A stretch of DNA of 64,000 nucleotides from the human T2T-CHM13v2.0 reference genome, Homo sapiens: the NCBI RefSeq assembly GCF_009914755.1, contig NC_060936.1; one strand, given 5' to 3'. The position numbers and the translations under genes were made by a program. Shown one piece after another: positions 40,086 through 54,247 of the stretch (position 1 is the first letter of the stretch; each line of letters opens with the position of its first letter). Under the pieces are notes generated by a model. That model searched no databases. It saw nothing but the letters and a program-made list of their open reading frames with translations, and had not been told where the DNA came from.

Positions 40086-40619
40086 TGTATTAGTCAAGGT
40101 TCTCTAGAGGGACAGAACTAATAGAATAGAGTATACATGAAGGGGACTTCATTAGGAGAGTTGACTCATGTGATCACAAGGTGAAGGCTGTCTGCAAGCT
40201 AAGGAGCCAGGAAGCCAGTCCAAGTCCCAAAACCCCAAACGTAGGGAAGCCTATAGTGCAGCCTTTGGTCTGTGGACAAAGGCCTGAGAGGCCCTGGCAA
40301 ATCACTGATGTAAGTCCAAGAGTCCAAAAGCTGAAGAACTTGGAGTCTGATCTTTGAAAGCAGGAAGCACCCAGCATGGGAGAAAGATGGAGGCCGGAAG
40401 ACGCCAGTCTAGTTCTTCCACATTCCTCTGTCTGCTTTGATCCTAGCTGCGCTGGCGGCTGATTAGATGATGCCCACCCACACTGAGGGTGGGTCTGCCT
40501 CTCCTAGTCCACTGGTTCAAATGTTAATCTCCTTTGGCAACACCCTCACAGACACACCCAGGGACAATACTTTGCATCCTTCAATCCAATCAAGTTGACA
40601 CTCAATATTAACCATCACA
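40086..40619 (-). mobile_element. MLT2A (HERV-L) solo LTR, MLT2A2-like
   Basis: Reverse of tgtgatggttaatattgagtgtcaacttgattggattgaaggatgc; perfect TSD gtaag at 40081-40085 and 40620-40624. Confidence 0.9.
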
Positions 40620-40883
40620 GTAAGGTTCAGATTCTGAATTTAGTTCTTCACAATTTCTGCCTCAGACTATGAGACAACAAAGATAAAATCTTGCCTGACT
40701 TATTGGAATTGAGCTGGAGGGTTCTCTTTTATTCTATCAGATCACTTTATTCCACACAACTTAGATCATATAGACTTACTGTATTATTTTTCTTTTAATA
40801 TCTCAGAAGAATTTTGTCAACTGTGGGTCATATTAACTCCTCAGTATATTTGACAAAATGTTTTTAATATTCTTGCTCTTATT

Positions 40884-40969
40884 CAAATTCTATGTAAGGA
40901 TTTGCTCTACTTACTATTATAAACACACATACACACAAATTCTATTTAAGGATTTGCTCTACTTACTAT

Positions 40970-41000
<31 letters not shown>
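40884..41000. repeat. 52-bp tandem duplication ending in (CA)n
   Basis: caaattctat(g/t)taaggatttgctctacttactatt at 40884 and 40936. Confidence 0.9.
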
Positions 41001-41001
<1 letters not shown>

Positions 41002-41503
41002 ATTTAGCAATTGAAACCAACCATTTTACTTTGTTCACAAGAATATTGAAGAGCTTGGCTGCATAGTTCTCACTTGGGATCTTTTAGGTGAATGTAGTAA
41101 GGTGTTGATTAGAGGTGCAATCAACCCAAGACATTTCACTTACATGTAGACAATTGAGGTTAGCTCTCAGCTGAGAGGTCAGCTCTAGCTGTTAACCAGA
41201 GCACCTATATGTGGCCCCTCTAGTTTGGCGGTCTCAGGTAGTCCGACTTCTTACCTGGTGGCTCAAGTGTCCCAGCAAACAAGGCAGAAACTACATTGCA
41301 TTTTTTTTTTTTTGCCTAGTCTGGAAAGTAACACAGCATCACTTTAGATACAATCTAGTGACTGCCAGAGACTACTAACAAGTCACCCAGATTCAAGCAG
41401 AGGGGACACAGAGCCCATCTCTTGATGCTAAGCCAAGTTCACTATGTAAGAGTATATGGGATGAGAGATACTACTGCAGCTCTGTTTGGAAAACACATGT
41501 TAC
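41001..41503 (-). mobile_element. Old MLT1 (F/G/H-like) LTR
   Basis: ccagagcacctatatgtggcccctc...ggtagtccgacttcttac...cccagattcaagcagagggg motifs. Confidence 0.65.
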
Positions 41504-42695
41504 AGAATTCAGGATCATCAGTGGTCTTAGTGTGTACACCAGAGAAAATAGCAATGCTGCCTAAGTTCTTTAAAGACAAAATTAGCCTCACATATGTATC
41601 ATTTTCCAGTTAATTTGAATAACACCAATTTTGTTACTAACTCCTTTTTTAAGCTGCCACCTTGTTACATGCTTTGAAGGAAAAGAGTTAATAGCCCTAA
41701 TGCAAGGTTTTGATTTTCTTTCATGGATGCTGCTGAAGAAAGATAATTAATAATAATGAGAGGCTTATTAAATTCAGGAGGAAGTGGTGGCATACAAATT
41801 ATTCCTACCTAGTAAAAATATGTTTTTAAAAGAATAGCTCTTATAATTGCCATTCAGGATAATCAGGGAAAAAAAAAGAAAAGCTTTTAATTAATTGAAG
41901 AAAACAGAGGAAATAGAGTATTCAGAATATACATATGTGTGTGTGCGTGCACACATGTTAGACTGCGGTAAGTACTATATCTATATCTACATCTCTGTTA
42001 TATCCATATCTATCTATATTCCATACTCGCATCAACCTGCAGTTGAAGTAGAGACTCAATAGCTTCCCAAAGTCATGCAGCTAATTTGTAGAAGAGCTCA
42101 AGTCTGAAGTCAGTATTCAGTGATTTCAAAGCCTGTGCTCATTCCACATCATTTATATTAAAATACTAATATAAGTACATACTTTTTCTTAATAAAATGG
42201 TCATCTGAATGCTTCCTCAAAATAACTTTTCATTTATAACATGCTTTCTAAAAAGTTCCTCGATAAAACTCTTCAGCTCCTAGATAAATATGCAACTTTC
42301 ATAAGTGAAACACGATTTCCTTGAAACACAGTCATTTGTTTCATATCGGCTTTATCATCATTAAAAATTCCCAGGAAATTCAACATGTATTTGTGAAGGT
42401 GAGAATCTTTACACTTTATAATTAAATTCATTTAGACATGGCTTGGAAGTCCCATCCTAATCTGATAAAAGGGAAAGTTAAAAGCAACAAGGAACTTGAT
42501 TTTTTTCTTTCCTTGAATAAAATTTGTCCACTGGATAGGTAATTGCTTCTTCAAATCCTTCCAAATGACTTTACTTTGCTTGGATATCCAAAAATTATAC
42601 AAATCAGCTTATATAAGATTAAAGAGAGAAATCTGAAAATGTATATCCATTAGTACATTTTCACAATTTATACAATCAAATCTCCAAAATCTTTA

Positions 42696-42771
42696 CCATT
42701 TCAGTATTTTATATTAAAATACTGTCATTCCATTTCAGTATTTTATATTAAAATACTGTCATTCCATTTCA
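42696..42771. repeat. Perfect 34-bp tandem duplication (2.2 copies), each unit containing a hairpin
   Basis: ccatttcagtattttatattaaaatactgtcatt x2 + ccatttca. Confidence 0.97.
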
Positions 42772-43724
42772 ATACCTTAATAAATCATATGTTTTCAGAA
42801 TAGTGAATTATTATTACTCCCCTAGGATGACATATGCAGGTCTTAAATGCTCTGCTGCACCTAGTTTAGGCCCAAGTTGTATCAATTATGGACTTCTGGT
42901 ATTTGTATCTTTAACTTTACTACTTTAGGCACTGTATATGCCTAAATGCCATGCCATTTTTGCGTCTGTGATGCATACTACAGTGTCTTAACAGAGAACT
43001 GCAGCTATGAACTGACTTAAGTCAATTAAACCATTCACAAGTAATAGGTTCCTTTTGGTAGGTAACCATGGCCCTCTCTGCAAAAAAGTCTTTGAGGTAG
43101 GTGGAAATTAGCTACCCCATCCCTTACTTCTAGGTTGTAGTAACATACATTTGAGAATAAGTTCTGCCACATAAACATTTGTTAAACAAACATTTCTTAG
43201 CAAAGAGGCCAAAAAAGTTTACATAACCTGTTCTGTAAAATCAGTGCTATCCCAGCAGTTTGTCCTTTAGAGACTTCAACCATAACTCTGCTTGAAAGGT
43301 TCACCAAGGAAGTAGCAGCAACATTCCAGGACAGGATCTGCTTACTTTATTATGAGTCGAACAACCAGAAGTCTTTCTAATCCATGGGTGGACCAAGATT
43401 CCTTTAAGGCTCTAAGAGCACACTATTTTCATGGATGGAATTAATTATGCTTAGAAGCCTAATTAGCTAGGTATCAGATGTTGACCGAGTTCCAAAAAAT
43501 GGAAGTGAATATAGTAGCCCCTACGTAGTGAGGCTTTGTGGAAAAGTGGCCAGCTAGAACATGCATTCTGTGCATTATTAGGGTAACTTACAGCTTCCAT
43601 AGGTGAATTTTGCACAAAATTGCATGTTCATACTATTTACCTGGAGTCTACTAAAGTGTTTTGATGCAAAAGTGCTCCAAAACAAGAACTCTGACAATTT
43701 CTGCTCAATAAATCACACATTTAC

Positions 43725-44540
43725 CCAGCTGACTAATAATTGATTTAACGCCTACCCCATGTCAGACACTGCTAGACACCCACCAGGATCACAAAGCTGA
43801 ATAAGATATTGTTCTTACCTTCAAGAAGTTTACAGTCTAGTGAGAGAAACACAAGCAGAGTTATGAGTACAGCAGAAAGTGATGAATGCTAGAGTAAAGG
43901 TACAGCCAGGGTGCCAATGGGATCCCAATATATCAGATTCAAGAGTTTGTCTGATTTAACTTTTCAGAAGACATTATTCTTAAGGTAGTATTTGAAGATC
44001 AGTATGAATTAATTTAATGCACTAAGTGCAGAAAATAATTTTGGATAAAAGTAGCAGAACAGATATGAAAGCGCAGAGGCTGGAAATCTCACAATCCATT
44101 TTAAAGGCTGTTACATAGTTCAGAATGACTGGAAGAATGTGGGGAGTGAGCTGAGTATAGGGAGATGAGCTTAAGAAAACCAGATCTTTTAGGTTTTATG
44201 TGTTAAGGTCAGAGATTGAACTTTTCTGAGAGATATGAGGTATCAGGGAAGAATTTTATTCAGGAAGTAATGTATATTGTAAAAGGGCATTCCAACATCA
44301 ATGGGTTCAAACAAGATTGAGAAGGAGGCAGAGTTGATGAGGGGGAGTACACATGAGAAGTGGTAAGAATTTGAACTAAGGCATAAGCATTGAAAACAGT
44401 GAACGAGAGAGATTTAAACAACCAATGGATAAATTCAAGAACCAATAGCACCTGAGACTGAGTGAATAATAGAGAGTGTGAGAAAAATCTAGAATATCTC
44501 AGAGCCTTGGCCTACTGCAAGGGTAGTGCCACTCACCCTG
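43725..44540 (-). mobile_element. L2 fragment
   Basis: tgaataagatattgttcttaccttcaagaagtttacagtctagtg is reverse L2 3' sequence. Confidence 0.55.
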
Positions 44541-44589
44541 TACAAACAACTGACTAGCAGAATAAATAATGATTAAGTGCACAGTGGCT

Positions 44590-47499
44590 CCAATATAGAA
44601 ACATTTATTCTTTATTAAGTACATCCAAGAAATCAGTTTACCTCAGAAGTTTATAGAACTTTAAAATAAAAATGGAACGATATGTATGACAAGAGCCTCT
44701 TCTCATGATCAGAAACGAATACATCCATGTCCACCCTGCAGATTGTCTTTGCTCTTCTCTTGCTTGGCTTATTTTATATATGCCCATTACCTTCTATTTC
44801 TTTGTTTTAAGCGCTTTCTTTTTTTTAAGCATTTTCATGTTTGTCCTTGCTGGTCAACCTAGTAGTGATTATAGTTTATCAGGGTACATGTTTTATATTT
44901 GCAAGCACTACAAACTATAATCTCATAAAAGCATGTTACATAATCTGCAGTAAACATAGCCTAATGTACACAATTCTCTCCTGAAATACTTGATAACAAA
45001 CAACTTAAACTGGAAGTCAAAAGTAATATGTAAAATAAGATATGATCTACAGCTGTATCAAGATTATTAATTACTCTAAGTGACTGCCTCTATGCAGAGT
45101 CGCTGGTTCATTAGCACATATATTTATATACTATAAAATTTAAAACAGGGACATACATGTTTAACTATAATGTGATTGCTCCATCATGCAAATATGTATG
45201 TCCTTTCCATTAAAAGTTAGCTTAAAATTCCTATATAATATACCTTGTCTTTTTAATAAAATGTTTTTCCTTAAAATTCTCAACTTTTATTTTTAAAATA
45301 TAAAAACAGAAAAATCAGTATATACAATTCCATAAACAGTATGGTTAACTGAGAAAGCAATTATATAGCATACAAGCAAGTAACTTACAAAGACATAGAG
45401 ATCTATAAAATATACATAACTATAAAATTCATGTAACAGCATTACAACATATAATTTAATATTTTAACATTTTCAAAAGGTCTTTTAGAATTACAAAGAC
45501 TATTAAGCATAGGATTTCAAAAGTCAGTTGTGTTGTGGATGTTTGAAATGTCACTTCTCTTAAATGCTCTTTTATTAAGTTTAACACTAAATAACAGATT
45601 TTACTATACCAAAATCAAAGAAGAATGCAGGCAGTCAGGCAAATCCAAAAGCAGAATGATTTACTGTGTCACCAATTCTAACAAAATACACCAAAAAAAA
45701 TCTCATAAATAGAGCTATTTCCTACAAATAACCACATGTGAATGCTTATGTTAGGAAGATTAAGATTAATACTAAGAGTATGCTGTCATGTTAACACGTT
45801 ACATTCCAAAAGTAGCTTCCCTTTTTTTTTTTTTTACAGTATAACAGACTATACATTTTCTGATTATAGTAACAGAAAAATGTGACATGCCAACATTAAG
45901 AACAGGTTTCTTAAGAACTAAATAAAAATTATCAATGAAAAACACTATATGCATATTGAGCACCCCCAGTATTAGTCATTTTTAACAAGAACAATTTGTA
46001 GGGTTTAAGATGTCTATAGTTGGATAAATTTTTCCAAGAAAAAGATATGTGACAAAAATAGTGTTATAGACTTATTTCTGCCAAAATGTCTTCTAGCATA
46101 TTGTTTTAATTTTAATAACCTAATTTTTAAAAAAATCAAGAAATAAAGAATTTAGCCAGTGAAAATAGCACTAGAGGTTTACACATATTTTCCCTCTCAT
46201 GTTTTAGTATTAAGTTTTAGTACCTTCTCACATCTTGAAAAGTGCAACTTTGAATTTGTTGGGTTCACATGTATCACACTTCTCATGTTGCTGCCAAGTA
46301 TAGATGGATACAGTGATATGTCTAAAGTCATATTCTACAAAGTAAATATTTTCATTTTGAATCACTTATTTTTTCTAATTTATGTTATATTAACATAGAA
46401 AATTTAAAATTATGAAGTTGAAAACAACTCATAAAGTTGTCTCTTTTCTCTGTATTCCCAGGAAGAAATGACTAGCAAAGAATTTAGAAAGAATGATTAT
46501 AATACATGTAACTATTAAATAACATATATTTAGAAGGAAATGTTTCAATTGTTTGTTATACTAAAACAGATGTTTAGAATATCATACATTCATTTTAGGA
46601 TACAAAATATGCTTTCACATTTTAGGCAATAATTACTGAACTATTCCTTGGATTCATATATGCAACAATATACTTTTAGGATCTTTGTTTAATAAGATAA
46701 TGTATTGATTTTAATAAAGAACATTTCCCTTTCATATTGCTCAATAACAATCGTATGCTGGTAAAAAGGATTACAGTTAAAAAGCAGAATAAAAGAACAA
46801 ATACAACTGGGCATTAGAATAACTACATTGTGCTCTATTTAACCAACAACAGTACATAATTTAGAAGACAGATTTAAAAGACAAGTCAGTATTTAAATGA
46901 GCATCATGGGGTAAACCTCCATCATTTGAAATATTCTATATACAGAAAACATCTATAATCACACTGCTTGAAAAATTTCTCTTGCATATCCTTTAATATT
47001 TTCATGTGTTAAAAACACATTGAATTATCTCACTGGCTTTGGGCCCAATTCTAATTTATCAAATTGACCATGGTGGCAAATATATTCTGAGGAAGAGGTA
47101 GCAAAAAACAATGTGAAAGGACAGGAAACTTGGTTAATAAATAGATGTTGCCATATTGTTTGATGCAGATGTAACTTTCCTACTGAAGTTAATAAAAAAT
47201 GACCTCTAAAATATACGCAAGATAAGTAATAAACCAAAAAGATATCTTTACAAATGTAAGGACATGTGAACAGGCATACACATGCACAAACACTAACACA
47301 CCCCTACATCTATCTTTCTGGATAGTTCTCTTTCCAAATTCAACATTTTTGAGAAAACAAAACAAAACAAAACAAACAAACAAGAAACCAGAATAAAGGA
47401 AGTCCTAGGAAAATATATTCCAGTGTTTGATCATCCTTTACATTGATATCATCTCTCCAATAAAATGCTTAGTGTTGATGACATATGTATTATTAAAGA
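44590..47499 (-). other. CAPS2: CAPS2 3'UTR (~2.9 kb; 3' end inferred)
   Basis: AU-rich stretch with no recognisable interspersed repeat between the stop codon and tandem AATAAA signals; L2-derived sequence resumes just beyond. Confidence 0.65.
44604..44617 (-). promoter_or_regulatory. Tandem polyadenylation signals (AATAAA at 44604-44609 and 44612-44617)
   Basis: Plus strand tttattcttttatt contains two minus-strand AATAAA hexamers. Confidence 0.65.
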
Positions 47500-47675
47500 C
47501 TAAATCCCCCATGGAGTACGTAAGATGTTAACAAAGTCTTCATCATCTACTATTCCTATACTTAAACCTTCATAGTAATCTTCAAATTCACCATATGACA
47601 CTTCATCAGACTTGCTGCAGGCAACTTTTAATGTTTCTAGAAAGGATGATTTGATTTCTTCCTCTGTTGAATGGC
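47500..47675 (-). CDS. CAPS2: CAPS2 terminal coding exon to TAG stop (HSTEEEIKSSFLETLKVACSKSDEVSYGEFEDYYEGLSIGIVDDEDFVNILRTPWGI*)
   Basis: ttttatag|GC acceptor completes the Gly codon; calcyphosin C-terminal signature EF.DYY.G.S..I.DD..F......W; stop at 47500-47502. Confidence 0.95.
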
Positions 47676-50600
47676 CTATAAAATAGTACTGAGTATGAAA
47701 CAGTTTCCTGAAAAGTTCAGTGAAATGACTGATGATGATAAAGGAATACTTAATCATCTTATGAAATACTTTCAACAATTTGAAATCTTTTGTCAAACTA
47801 CCAGCCAATTTATTTACACATGAACTGGAATTATTTCATCTCATTCGATTTGCCACTCCTTCCCTGCCCCCTGCTCTCCTGCACTGATCTATCTCCAGGA
47901 TCCCAGCACAGAACACAGTTTTTTTGATCATAAATTTTTAAAAAGAACAGAGGAATTGAAAGATGAAAGGAAGCTATAGTGACTGGTCAGATAACACTGA
48001 AAAGAGAATAAACAGAGGCCCATATATAATAGTAGAAAAAGGGTCAAAAATTTCTATGTGACCCTCTAAAACGTTTTAAAGTCAGGTTATGCTTTAAATA
48101 ACAGGCTTAGATGGGAATACTACTCAAACCATTTGTCTAATGGGGTGGACAAAATTAAGGTGAGAGTTAATTTTTTTTCCCTCAAACCAGAGGTTCTCTA
48201 ATGGACTTGGACAATAATGCATTGCAAAGGGTCTTTCAAACTAAAGGAATGAAATCTACTTTGAATATTAAGAAGTTTGCTTTCTTTTAAAAACATACAC
48301 AAGAAATAGAGAAAAAGTCATTACTTTATAAAATACAAGTTGAATGTAAAAAGACTGAATAATGGTGCTACGTAGAGATGGTAATATAAAATAATAAAAT
48401 GAAGTTTTAATTGAATGTTAGTCAAGGCTAAAAATTAATCAAGATCCAAACTATATGAAAACATAGATTTTGGTAGAAATTTCCATCTTTGTTTACCAGC
48501 CATACTTTTGAACAGAGGAGTTTTAACACAGTTTTTTTTCTGAGGAAACATTTTTCACTCAAATTTATATTTCAAATAGCGAAGAATTTCATACCTCCTT
48601 TATACCCCTCACCCAGGAAATATCTACCTCCTATCACCTATAACTAAATTTTTTTCAGTCCTCTCGGAGACCAGAAAATATTTACAGCAAAAAATGTTAT
48701 ATTTCTAAAACTATTATACAGAAATACATTTGGGATATACCATTTCTATTAAACCTTAAAATACTTTTATCTAATATATTACTTAAGCAAATTTAAGAAG
48801 GAATATTTTCTATAGTTAAAATTAAATTGTATGTGGTATAAGAGCTTTACCTTAAAATCAATTGTAAATTGTGAACAAACTATATCCCAGAGGTGCGCAT
48901 GTGAATAGATTATAATTTGCAATAATAAATAATAATGGGGTACTTTTTTTCTTCTTTGAAATACAGTGACAAGTTTTCTTCTATTTAGGAATATTTAGCT
49001 TGCCTGTTGTCATTTTTAATATGAACGCAAAGACAAATTATGGAATTTTTGAAACCAAAAAAGGCTTTCCCAACAACAACAAAAATAAAACCCTCATCAA
49101 AAATTCCATGACACATAATAAAACTGAAGCTATTTTAGCAACCTAAATAATATTATTAGATGAGAAAAGAGAAAGAAAAAAATACATGATGTTAAACTAT
49201 TTCGTTCTTATATTTAGTATGACTAATTAAGAGAAACAGATAATGACGTGTTTAAAGGAAAAAAATACACTAGCAACAATTAAACATACACTAAAAATTC
49301 TCATAGAGTAGCTGTAGTTTATTTAATGTTATGAATAAGTAAATCAAACTATTTCGACAAGAAATAGATAATTAGAAATTTGGAATCCAGTGATGATTAG
49401 TTTTAATCTTCATAACCAAATCTCATGATTTCATTTCATACTTAAAAGTAATAAATTAACCATATATGAGGGTTAATGATGACGAGAAACCAAAGTAATT
49501 ACAGTGTATCTCTTTTAATAGTAAGGAATAAAATTCTAAAAATAATAGTATTCTATAGTATTTAGCAGTACAGAATTAAACTTATAAGTTGAAAAGAAAT
49601 TGCTCATAAAATATTGTCAATAAATATTCCTTAAAGATGGACAATCAATAAATATACAAATGTAGGTTTAACCTCCCTAGTAATGAAGGAACTCCATGTA
49701 AAATGGGTTTTTTTAACCCATCAGACTGGCAAAGTGAAATTTTTTGGCAAAGTTGTGGAGGAAAAGAACTCTTCAACAAATGGCTATATAATTTAATATA
49801 GTCATTTTACAATGTAATTTGGAAGTATCACTTAAAATTTTAAATGCAGACATCCCAGTAATTCTAGGTATTAATATCACTCCAGGGAAGCAGTAGAAAA
49901 CAGGCCTAAAGAGTCACAAATAAGCACATTTATTGCTTCATTAGTTGTTGATCAATAATTAGAACTTAAAATCTAACAATAAAAGAATGGCTAGGTAAAT
50001 GATAGTATATTGATTCATAAAAAGAATAATATACTGCAAGATAAAAAATAAGGTGGCTCAATGTGGATTAACATATAAAGAACTCCAAAACATACTTGTG
50101 AGTGTAAAAAGCAAATTATATAACATTATCTTCAGTGCGCCTTTCATGTCAAAAAAACTTCAAAAAGTATTAAATATTTATAGCATGCACATAGCCATGA
50201 AAATTCATAGAGTAAGTAAAATTCATAATGTATTAACTGAAATATATATATGCTAAATGATAATTTTGACTTCTATGGAAGGAAATGTAAAGAGGAGAGT
50301 TGTGGTAGTCAAATGCTTTCTTTATAAAAAGCATGCACTTATAAAACAATTATGTAAAAAAGTTAGAAAAAATATAGTAGGATATAAATCTCCAGAGTTA
50401 CTTTAGGGAATTTACAATATCCTCAAATTTTGATAGATATATGTATGTTCATTCTATGTATAGCTCCATCCCTAGAGAAAGACACTCCTTCATTCTGCTT
50501 AAATCCTTAAGTATGGATAACTATATAAGCAGATACAGTAAAAATAACTCTGAGAACCTGCATATGTATTTATCTATTTTCTAAACCTATTTCATTCTTT

Positions 50601-50828
50601 TTAACTTAAATCCCTTACTATCTCCTAAGTAGGAAATGAGTTCTATATTGATAATAAATATCAAATAATCAAATGAGTATGGGCAATAGACCTAAGAATT
50701 TTTAAATGAAGAAAGGCAAATAGTTCATAAGTTTCCAGTTCAAAAAAATAGTTTATTTCCTCCCTAATGGCCTCAGTCTAAGGTTTAAATTAATATAAAG
50801 ATATTATCTTTATTAAGTAACATTTTCA

Positions 50829-51296
<468 letters not shown>

Positions 51297-51963
51297 TGGC
51301 AAATGTTATTTTTTAAGTAAAATTATTAGACATAGGAATCTAATATTCTATTTTACAGTAGGTTATTTCTGAGCTATAAACAAGACATTTTAAAAGTACT
51401 ATACTGATACACAAAAGAACAATTATAAATACAGGAGGAAAGATAGTGAAGCAAGATATTAGGAAATCTGTACTCAATTAGAAAGTTCTACCACTTTCTA
51501 GCATCCTGACCTTGAGAAAGTAACCTGACCTCTATTTCCATGGCCTCTCTCCCCTGAAAACTGAAGAGATGGGTAAAAGACCTCTCAGGTAACTTCCATC
51601 TCTAGGATTCATATGAAACGCATAAATGGCCAAAAGAGATTGCCAAGACGAATATTTTAACTCAAGAAGTGAATTTGCAAATATTTCCTCCCTAAAATCA
51701 ATGAAAAAGTGAAATACCTTTTAAATGAGTTATGTTACTCTATTTCTTGAAATTTAATACACTTTTTAAAATGTAGTTGTGCTATTGTTCCTCTAATTCA
51801 GTGTAGCTCTATCATAAGATATCATGAAATATTTCACTGGGAAGAGTATTCACTACTTAGAAAGACACAAGCTACCCAAAGCAACATTCTGCATTCGTAG
51901 TGGGGTCAAAACTAGAATCAAGTCTGGTTATTCATAATATTGCATTCACAGAAATATGGAAGC

Positions 51964-52661
<698 letters not shown>

Positions 52662-53534
52662 GAACTGTATAACACTTCTCTTGCCCTCTATTCCCATTAC
52701 TAAGATTTATGAAAGAGACAAGCCTCCAATTTCTACACCAGTTTCTCAAACCTATCACCAGGAAGGACATGGAAAGTACGAATAAGTACACATTTATAAA
52801 TATTATGTGGTGAATTTGTCTAATTTAAGGTTTTTACTATGTCTCTTGCCCAGTAAAAGTAGAGACTAATTTCTCTATTTGGGATTTCTATAGTTATTTA
52901 CATTATATAGAATAGCTTTGTTTCAATATTAAGTACATATGCAAAAGAAAAAAGATAACTATAGTTCTCAAAAGTATGCTATAAAAAATGGCTACCAAAA
53001 TCCAAGTAATACATAGCTTCCTATTAAAGTCAGTACTCCTGTTTTTAATTCCAATTTAACATGATTATCTTAATTTACAAGTTAATATTTATCATGCATA
53101 TTCTAAAGACCAGAGAAACATTTTTTAGTCATCATCCTAAAACAAAATGACTGGAGTATTGACACTGGAACAGCCACAATGCTAAGAATGGTATATGCAT
53201 TATCTTATTCAATCTTTACACCAACTCTGTGAGATAGGAAACTGAGGCTTAGGAATATTTTATAATACATATATTCACGTAGCTAGTCATTTATGGAGGC
53301 AACAACTTATGGAGCTAGTAATTTGTTAACCAAAATTTGATTTCAAATTTTATTTTCCTTTCATAGTATTTTTCTAAAATATATACACAAGTTATTTTGC
53401 TTCATTCTGGGTTGATTTGTATGCATATGGACCTGTTTTCTGTTTTACTAAACCCAACATATAAGTAAATAGATTTAAAACTTTTAAATGGTAATTCATT
53501 AAAGTTTTAAAATACTGAACCTAACAATCTATTA

Positions 53535-53690
<156 letters not shown>

Positions 53691-53929
53691 CTAGAAACAA
53701 TCAGAGATAACTGTTGCATTTTTAAGTTACATATCGTCACAACAAAATCATCTTAGTTGTATTTTGTTACATCTTCTGTAGTCCTAGATATAACTCATTT
53801 AATAAGAAAATTGAAGAAGCTACATAAAAATCCAATCAAAACCACTAAAAAAGTGATTTAGAGGAATCTGTGGTGAATGGTTCTGTAAAGTTAGGAGCCA
53901 TTTAGGAATGGCAATAGCTCACAAATTTA

Positions 53930-54247
53930 CTTTTTTAAGTTTTATTTTTGATGGACAAATAATAATTGTATATAGTTATAGGGCACAATATGATATTTCA
54001 ATACATGTGTACATTGTAGAATAATACAATCATATCTATCATCTTAAATATTTATCATTTATTTGTGACAAGAGCACTTAAAATCCTCCCTTTTAGGTAT
54101 TTTGAAATATACATTATTATAAACTATAGTTTCCATGCTGTGCAATAGATCACCCAGAACTTAATCCACTGTGTAATGAAAACTTGTACCTTCTGACCAA
54201 TTTTCCATTTTCCTTGTATACCACCCCTCTCCCCATGCTCTGGTAAC
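53930..54247 (-). mobile_element. L1MA 3'UTR fragment
   Basis: aataattgtatat...ccatgctgtgcaatagatc...cttgtaccttctgacca antisense L1MA 3' end. Confidence 0.75.

Noticed and set aside
42696-42771. Hairpin-containing direct repeats superficially like a CRISPR repeat
   Set aside because: No spacers, only two units, and a primate genome with no cas genes.
47676-47808. Open frame extending the last CAPS2 exon into the intron (ORF 47500..47808)
   Set aside because: The AG at 47676-47677 gives the correct phase join; the extension starts at a non-ATG codon and has no calcyphosin similarity.
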